Shown here in pieces: positions 58,307-64,000 of a stretch of DNA of 64,000 bases. The notes beneath the pieces were generated by a model. The model was not told the DNA's origin, did not search any database, and saw nothing but the letters and a program-made list of their open reading frames with translations. Location: IMG/VR virus record IMGVR_UViG_3300028591_000083, positions 1 through 64,000 of that record; one strand, given 5' to 3'. Each line of letters opens with the position of its first letter. The stretch's first letter is position 1. The DNA comes from a virus (Duplodnaviria > Caudoviricetes). A program made the position numbers and the translations under genes.

Positions 58307-59542
58307 TTAAATTGTGCAAAATGTTGAAATAAATCCTGATCTCATTTGCACAAATTGTAACTTTTTTAGTGATATTTGTTTTTCAAACGTCTTATCAAAT
58401 AAATCCTTTATTTGAAAACATCCCCTTACTCTTAATGAATTTATGTAATATAATTTATTTTCAAATTTTACTAAATCATACCGTCTAAATCCAAAAACTT
58501 CGTAACTACATTTATTTCTTTTCTTTGTATTTCCTTTTAGAATTTTGTCTTTGAATATTTTTCTATTATGTCTGCGAATTTTCTTAAAATAATAAACAGT
58601 TCCGCAAGATTTTGCTCTAGGATTTCCTGAAATACATCTTGCATCAATATAATGATCCTTGTGTAGATTGTTTGTTATTCTACAATTTTTTGTAATGTAT
58701 CCAAATGTCATTGTTACATTTTCATAAATTTCTTTTAACTTTTCATAAAATGTCCAACGCATTATTCCCATAAATGCCGCATCCTTAAATGACATACCTC
58801 TTTTTATGTCTAATTTTATTTTTCCGCTATGATAATTTTTATGACAAGTTTCACAAAGAGTTATCAAATTACTAGGTGCATTTCCTCCTGTTTTTCGGCT
58901 TTCAATGTGATGAACATTTAAAATATTGTCTTTTGACTTTCCTTTACAGTGTTGGCACATATGGTTGTCTCGAAAAAGAACGTATTCACGAACATTCCAA
59001 AAATTAAGTTGATCTCCTTGTTGATATTCAACACCGGAAATTGCAGGATTTTTTATTTTTTGAATATCGAAACTAGCTGTCTCTGCTATAATTATTGAAA
59101 TAGGTAGAATTTTATGAATCATTTTAACAACTTCAAGATGTGTTTCAATCTTCTGTCTTATTGATGGTGCTAACCATCCCTTTTTCTTAGATTTAATTCT
59201 ATTTTTGAATCTTGGTTTCCTGTATCGTGTTTTCCTGTTTCTTCTTGATCGTCTCGCTTCTCTTCTTGTCGATAAATTTTCAACAATATCATTTCTTAAT
59301 TCAACATTTGCTTCAAACAACACATCTTCATTTGTTGTTGCAGAAATACCAATATGTTTACTTCCTGCATCAACTCCTAATGAGATATCTTGTTTATATC
59401 CTGTACTACCGTAAAGTAGTTGAATTGTGAATGGTACCTTCTTTACAACTTTAGCTTTTTTGTTCTTCAAAAGTTTACGTGCTTTTTGCGGTGAACATGG
59501 CATAAGAGGTTTTCCATATTTATTTAAAACATAGACTAACAT
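58307..59542 (-). CDS. iscB: IscB RNA-guided endonuclease
   Basis: KPLMP, LGVDAGSK, RRSRRNRKTRYRKPRF, HNH CQHC...HHI...NLITLCETCH, HYIDA. Confidence 0.95.
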   Translation of the reverse strand: MLVYVLNKYGKPLMPCSPQKARKLLKNKKAKVVKKVPFTIQLLYGSTGYKQDISLGVDAGSKHIGISATTNEDVLFEANVELRNDIVENLSTRREARRSRRNRKTRYRKPRFKNRIKSKKKGWLAPSIRQKIETHLEVVKMIHKILPISIIIAETASFDIQKIKNPAISGVEYQQGDQLNFWNVREYVLFRDNHMCQHCKGKSKDNILNVHHIESRKTGGNAPSNLITLCETCHKNYHSGKIKLDIKRGMSFKDAAFMGIMRWTFYEKLKEIYENVTMTFGYITKNCRITNNLHKDHYIDARCISGNPRAKSCGTVYYFKKIRRHNRKIFKDKILKGNTKKRNKCSYEVFGFRRYDLVKFENKLYYINSLRVRGCFQIKDLFDKTFEKQISLKKLQFVQMRSGFISTFCTI

Positions 59543-59830
59543 TAAGTCTATCTCCTCTCAGAGTAATTTCTCCCACGACAATGTTGCAAATGGTTTTGTT
59601 GTTAGCAGCACTATCCCTGCAATTCAGAATTGTTTAACCACTAACCTTAGAGCGTAAGGCTGGAAGTACACCAAACGGTAACTATTTAACAAAAATAATT
59701 TTGTCATTCAAATGCAACGTAGTTTATGTTAAACATAAACTTAGTCTGATTATCAACTGCAAGAATTGCAGAACACAATATTTAATAAAATGTTTTAATT
59801 GTAATTATTATTTATTGTGTTATTGCTGAT
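59543..59830 (-). ncRNA. IscB omegaRNA (HEARO-like)
   Basis: AUCAGC...GUUGAU first stem, AGACUAAG, CUACGUU, AUAGUUACC, CUCUAAGG, UUAAACA, ACAUUGUCG upstream of iscB. Confidence 0.8.
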
Positions 59831-59842
59831 AATCACCTTATT

Positions 59843-60223
59843 TCAATCATAGCAACCTGTTTCAATTTCATCGGCAACACTTACATTAAATCTTTTAAGC
59901 ATATCAATATCGTGTTGTGTGTCATCTTCAATGGTATATGTTCCAATCTCTGTATCAATATAGGAGTTTTTGACATACTTGTCATTGTCTTTAATTAAAC
60001 GATGTTTAGAGATATACCTTATCTTGTCGAAATCAATATCTGGAAATAACTCAGATCCGAGATTTATATAGAAATATTTACTATCAGCAATTACCATATA
60101 TCTCATTCCGAAATCAAAATCTACTTCATTACACAGACAAATGTCATAAACACCATCACGATTCATAAGAGAACTAATTGTTTCAAGTTCTTTTTTAAGA
60201 GAGTTCATAATGTGTTCAATCAT
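59843..60223 (-). CDS. hypothetical protein
   Basis: GGAGG SD; ends EIETGCYD. Confidence 0.7.
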   Translation of the reverse strand: MIEHIMNSLKKELETISSLMNRDGVYDICLCNEVDFDFGMRYMVIADSKYFYINLGSELFPDIDFDKIRYISKHRLIKDNDKYVKNSYIDTEIGTYTIEDDTQHDIDMLKRFNVSVADEIETGCYD

Positions 60224-60237
60224 TTCTTTTCCTCCGT

Positions 60238-60528
60238 TTAGTCATAGCAACCTGTTTCAATTTCTTTATCTGCACAGATATTGAACTTCTCAAATAGTTC
60301 TGTTATGAATTACAACATTCCAACATGAATGCCTCTGTCCATAATCATAGTATTGGCGGTAAGAGTGAAGTACATTTTATTCTTCAAAATAACTCCATAC
60401 ATAACTCCATCAATATCGCATTTATCAACGAAATATCTATTTTCTTCAATCTCACGCTTTACAGCTTTAAGTTCTTCTTTCAGCGAAAGCATAACTTTTT
60501 CTAACATTTTGTGTTCCTCCATTTTCAC
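60238..60528 (-). pseudogene. shortened, frameshifted paralogue of 59843-60223
   Basis: Similar N-terminus (SLKEEL) and out-of-frame tail ending EIETGCYD*; 23-nt identical repeat at 59847-59869 and 60242-60264. Confidence 0.55.
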
Positions 60529-60533
60529 AAAAA

Positions 60534-61073
60534 TCAGATATTAGAAACAGCAACATGAATTTCTCTAATTGCACTCTGAGCAAGATCAGTAATATATTCA
60601 GTAAGAGCATCTACATCAATATACTTATTGAATCTAGTTGTATCCCAGTCCTTATAGTTCCCGTGATTGTCAAGAACAGAAACGTCATCAAGAACTGTCT
60701 CAACAGTCTCGCCATCAACATTGATTTTGAAACTTAGATCAGCGGAATAATATTTGAAATCAGGTCTAAGACTATCATAATCAGCTTTAATGAATCTATC
60801 AAGATCAATATACTCACTGTCAGTATCAAATGTAATAGTATACTTCAAAGAGGCACCCCATGCAGTTCCAGTTGCGAAATATTCAAATGTATCTCTATCA
60901 ATATCACAGTAATCACCATGAGTTGCAAGTTCAGAATCATTAAGAACTTCATTAGCAACTCTACAAAGTTCATCTACCGTAGATTCATCAATAGCATCTC
61001 CATTTGAATCATAACCGAAACCGTAATCTTCATCACTTTCAAAATCTTCATCTTCAAGAATAAATAGTTTCAT
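60534..61073 (-). CDS. leader-tagged acidic protein (MKLFILE)
   Basis: Shared leader after AAAGGTTG SD. Confidence 0.75.
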   Translation of the reverse strand: MKLFILEDEDFESDEDYGFGYDSNGDAIDESTVDELCRVANEVLNDSELATHGDYCDIDRDTFEYFATGTAWGASLKYTITFDTDSEYIDLDRFIKADYDSLRPDFKYYSADLSFKINVDGETVETVLDDVSVLDNHGNYKDWDTTRFNKYIDVDALTEYITDLAQSAIREIHVAVSNI

Positions 61074-61177
61074 ATAAATCAACCTTTCTTTTATATACAA
61101 ATTATAGTTATCTAACGGACAATGCCGTTATTCTTATTGTTGTATTTTCTTAAATAAAATGTTTATTTACTGTTGAT

Positions 61178-61402
61178 TTATTTACATTTCTTATTTCGTT
61201 GTTTTCTTTTGATCTTAATTGGCGGAATGTTTACTGATTTATTAGTTGTCAAGAACTTCATCAAATTCATATATTCTTCATAAGTTCCGTCAAAGTTTTC
61301 AAGTCCTTCTGCTCTCAGCAAATAAGAAGCTGCAATGTTATTTGTTCTTGAAGCAAATTCAAGAATTCCTGCAATCGTTGTCTTTTTTGAAATTGTACGC
61401 AT
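61178..61402 (-). CDS. hypothetical protein
   Basis: GAGGA SD. Confidence 0.6.
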   Translation of the reverse strand: MRTISKKTTIAGILEFASRTNNIAASYLLRAEGLENFDGTYEEYMNLMKFLTTNKSVNIPPIKIKRKQRNKKCK

Positions 61403-61414
61403 TTATATATCCTC

Positions 61415-61645
61415 TCAATAATTCATTGTTTCATCGTCTTCTTCATAAACAGAAACAACATCTTCCATGTGAAAATCTTTGATTGTTTTCTTTGCTGTTT
61501 GTTTCATTGTATAATTTACATACTGTTCAACAGCTTGTTTCACGCCGCAATCTGCACAGATCTCAGTTTTATTATCTGTTCTTGAAATTGCCGGAAATCC
61601 TGTAATCACTCGCTTACAAATTGGACAAGTAAATGTTTTTGGCAT
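61415..61645 (-). CDS. small zinc-finger protein
   Basis: CPICK...PAISRTDNKTEICADCG. Confidence 0.7.
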   Translation of the reverse strand: MPKTFTCPICKRVITGFPAISRTDNKTEICADCGVKQAVEQYVNYTMKQTAKKTIKDFHMEDVVSVYEEDDETMNY

Positions 61646-61698
61646 AATTCATAGTCTCCATTCTTTTAATTAGTGCATAGTGGTTTCGCACTAAATAT

Positions 61699-61727
61699 AG
61701 TATAACATATTATTGATAAAATGTCAA
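61699..61727 (-). promoter_or_regulatory. sigma70-type promoter
   Basis: TTGACA-17 nt-TATACT followed by ATATTT, as in the 28161 and 45550 promoters. Confidence 0.75.
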
Positions 61728-61782
61728 TAGCAAAATAGGAAAAATCCCCACAAATAAATGTGAGGATTTTTGTGCATATTGT

Positions 61783-62496
61783 TTAATTTTCCCAGATAGT
61801 TTCTGTAACGCCAAGATCATCAACAGGAACTCCATTGAAATCATACATAACATTATATGTTTCAACAGAAATTTGACTATCGGAATAATCTTCACTGGAA
61901 GATAGTTCTTCGGCAATTCTAATTGCTTCTGATTCATCTTCAACAGTATCGTATGTATCTTCATCAACAATGATATCATATTGAGTGTATGTATTTTCGC
62001 CTTGAACTGCCTTATCAATGTAGTTAATTACTTCTTTATCTGTAATTTTAAGTTCTACTTCATCACCAGAGTTATCGTTGATTTCACCAATAGTTCCGTC
62101 ATATGTAGAATGCATCCAACCTCCGCCAAAGTTGAATTTCATTTCATCAAAATTCTCATACAGATAATCAGAAATATACGAACATAGAGTTGCTTTATCC
62201 ATATCTCTTAGTTCAACATCATCTGCTGTTGAATACCAGTTTACATATACTTTCAGAATATCGGCTGAAACATTTTCAATATCGCCAGTTCCATAGTAAT
62301 AAGAATCAGCTTTCAGCGTATCAATAGTACAGTAACCATTTACTTCAACAATCCAACCTTTAGTCCATTCATCAATTTCCTGAAAATCAAGAACACGGGC
62401 ATTCTTAATTCCGATGTTTGAAAGACCATTTACTTCAATCGTATATCCTGCGCCAGCACCTTCATTTAGTGCAGATTCCTTAATAAATAGTTTCAT
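61783..62496 (-). CDS. leader-tagged acidic protein (MKLFIKESALNE)
   Basis: Shared leader. Confidence 0.75.
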   Translation of the reverse strand: MKLFIKESALNEGAGAGYTIEVNGLSNIGIKNARVLDFQEIDEWTKGWIVEVNGYCTIDTLKADSYYYGTGDIENVSADILKVYVNWYSTADDVELRDMDKATLCSYISDYLYENFDEMKFNFGGGWMHSTYDGTIGEINDNSGDEVELKITDKEVINYIDKAVQGENTYTQYDIIVDEDTYDTVEDESEAIRIAEELSSSEDYSDSQISVETYNVMYDFNGVPVDDLGVTETIWEN

Positions 62497-62512
62497 TGTA
62501 AGTCACATCCTA

Positions 62513-63478
62513 TCAAGCATATCTATCCACAAAGAAATCAGTTAGCTTACCATTTGTCTTACGGCGAGGATTCTTCGGATCACTGTCCAAATCAAAATAC
62601 AACTTAACACTAACAGAACCACTATTGTCCTTATCAGTAGTATATTCTTCCCATGTTTCATCTCTCTTGCTAGGTCCTGCCATTACAAACATATCAAATC
62701 CAAGATCGCGGAGATATTGCTGTGCTTTTGCTACAGGCTTACCTACATACTTTTCAAGAGCATATTCAAGAGAACCTAAATCTTCATCACGAGAACCAAA
62801 TTTAATCATATCGGATTCTTTAATTCTGCGCTTACTCTCAGTCATATCACTATAGAGCTTTGCAATCTGAGCCTTAGAACCTGCTTCAAAACCATTCTGT
62901 AAGAGAAATTCTTTAACGTGTCTAAGAGTAGTGGCAGATGAATCCCACTGTGGAAGAAGTTTTACTTTCTTTCCTTTTTCAAGCTCAATAACAGGAGTAT
63001 TATAAGAATATAGAATCTGAGTTCCATCAGAATCGGTAACTACTTTTGCTTTTCCGCCAAAAGATTTTCTGGAATCAAACTGAGTAGAAAGATCAGAAAC
63101 TTTACCATTTACCATTCTTCCTGCTTCACACACAGACTTAGATTCAGTGAAGATTTCAACGTCCTTAACACCGTCAACATAAAGATCATTATCATCATAT
63201 TCATAGTCATTTGCTTCCGCAATAACAACTTCAAAGAATGTTCCAACAATCTCACGCAAATCTGTCTCGCTGTAATCAAGAAGCGGATCTCCAAATGAAT
63301 TGCAATACTCAATAATACTATCAGTAAGACCATTATCATGTTGACAGATAGAGATAAACTTATCCTTTACATCCCACAGATCATACTTATCTCCTTCAAA
63401 AATTAGCTTGCCTTTGTAATAGAATTTGATTGGCTTTGATTCGCCGTAAGATTCTCTAATTCTAAGTTTCTTTACCAT
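62513..63478 (-). CDS. leader-tagged three-module protein (MVKKLRIRES)
   Basis: Modules separated by IFTESKSVCEA and MTESKRRIKES; middle module LYSYNTPV...SATTLRHV. Confidence 0.75.
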   Translation of the reverse strand: MVKKLRIRESYGESKPIKFYYKGKLIFEGDKYDLWDVKDKFISICQHDNGLTDSIIEYCNSFGDPLLDYSETDLREIVGTFFEVVIAEANDYEYDDNDLYVDGVKDVEIFTESKSVCEAGRMVNGKVSDLSTQFDSRKSFGGKAKVVTDSDGTQILYSYNTPVIELEKGKKVKLLPQWDSSATTLRHVKEFLLQNGFEAGSKAQIAKLYSDMTESKRRIKESDMIKFGSRDEDLGSLEYALEKYVGKPVAKAQQYLRDLGFDMFVMAGPSKRDETWEEYTTDKDNSGSVSVKLYFDLDSDPKNPRRKTNGKLTDFFVDRYA

Positions 63479-63611
63479 AATATATCTTTCCTTTCATAAA
63501 TTTATCATAATTACATAATTATCCATAAGCTGCGTTCAAGCAGCCTATGGATATTGTTTTATAATTGATTATTTATGTTTTATTTATCGTTTTTTTTTTG
63601 AATATCTTTAA

Positions 63612-63848
63612 CTACAGCAGAACAATTACAAGTTCTCCGTCTTGATTTACTTTTACTTCAACTTCTGCTGATAGATTACCCTCGGTATATTCTTGAATCC
63701 ATAACTTATCTGGTTTATATCCCATAGAAATCCAATTCTTAATTACAGTAAGACATTCTTCCGGCGACATAAGAGAATCATAAGTTGTAAGAGTATGCAG
63801 TGGATCTGTTTTTCCATCATATGTTGCCATTGGATAGTATGTTCTCAA
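63612..63848 (-). CDS. hypothetical protein
   Basis: TTG start overlapping upstream stop, GGAGG SD. Confidence 0.6.
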   Translation of the reverse strand: MRTYYPMATYDGKTDPLHTLTTYDSLMSPEECLTVIKNWISMGYKPDKLWIQEYTEGNLSAEVEVKVNQDGELVIVLL

Positions 63849-64000
63849 AACAATCCATCCTCCTTTACTTGTTCATAAAATTCACCAAGAATCTTTGATT
63901 TCTTATTTTCGTCAAATTCTTCTGAATGAATAATCTTACTTGCGATCTCATAGAATTCATCCATTTTAAGTTTTTTAATTGTTCTGATTGTATGTCCAAG
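63845..64000 (-). CDS. 3' end of hypothetical gene entering from window edge
   Basis: Open frame LGHTIRTIKKLKMDEFY...DGLF* ending TGA at 63845. Confidence 0.55.
   Translation of the reverse strand, partial: LGHTIRTIKKLKMDEFYEIASKIIHSEEFDENKKSKILGEFYEQVKEDGLF

Noticed and set aside
412-63339. Many short plus-strand and nested ORFs overlapping long minus-strand genes (including 51105-51482)
   Set aside because: Antisense or shadow frames with no SD, biased composition and no recognisable motifs.
1-64000. Stop-codon recoding or tRNA genes as in some gut jumbo phages
   Set aside because: Genes are full length and tightly packed under the standard code; no tRNA cloverleaf was recognised by eye.

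Overview
AT-rich segment of a large T4-like (myovirus, probably jumbo) phage genome, almost all on the minus strand and read with the standard genetic code. The likely host is a Gram-positive Bacillota anaerobe, inferred from the GH25/CHAP endolysin, holins, strong SD sites and NrdG. 1-25 kb is the morphogenesis module: tape measure, tail chaperones, tube, sheath, neck, Ig-domain protein, major capsid protein (MCP), prohead protease/scaffold, portal and an intein-containing terminase. The MCP gene is split by three group I introns. The third carries, inside its own P1 loop, a synonymously recoded second copy of the last MCP exon, so a full-length capsid protein should be made whether or not it splices. 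About 20 otherwise unrelated genes in 25-42 kb and 57-63.5 kb share an N-terminal leader of the form MKL(Y/F/I)I(K/R/E/Q)E and carry internal (L/I/V/M)xE(S) motifs. These resemble T4 capsid-targeting/gp21-cleavage signals and suggest a large head-packaged protein cargo system. The window also contains an IS607 (tnpA+tnpB), an orphan IS607 omegaRNA end, an IscB with HEARO/omegaRNA, a free-standing endonuclease, lysis genes, tail-fibre/BspA-LRR genes, small sigma70-promoter islands and two unexplained structured non-coding regions. All family assignments come from motif recognition by eye; no searches were run.
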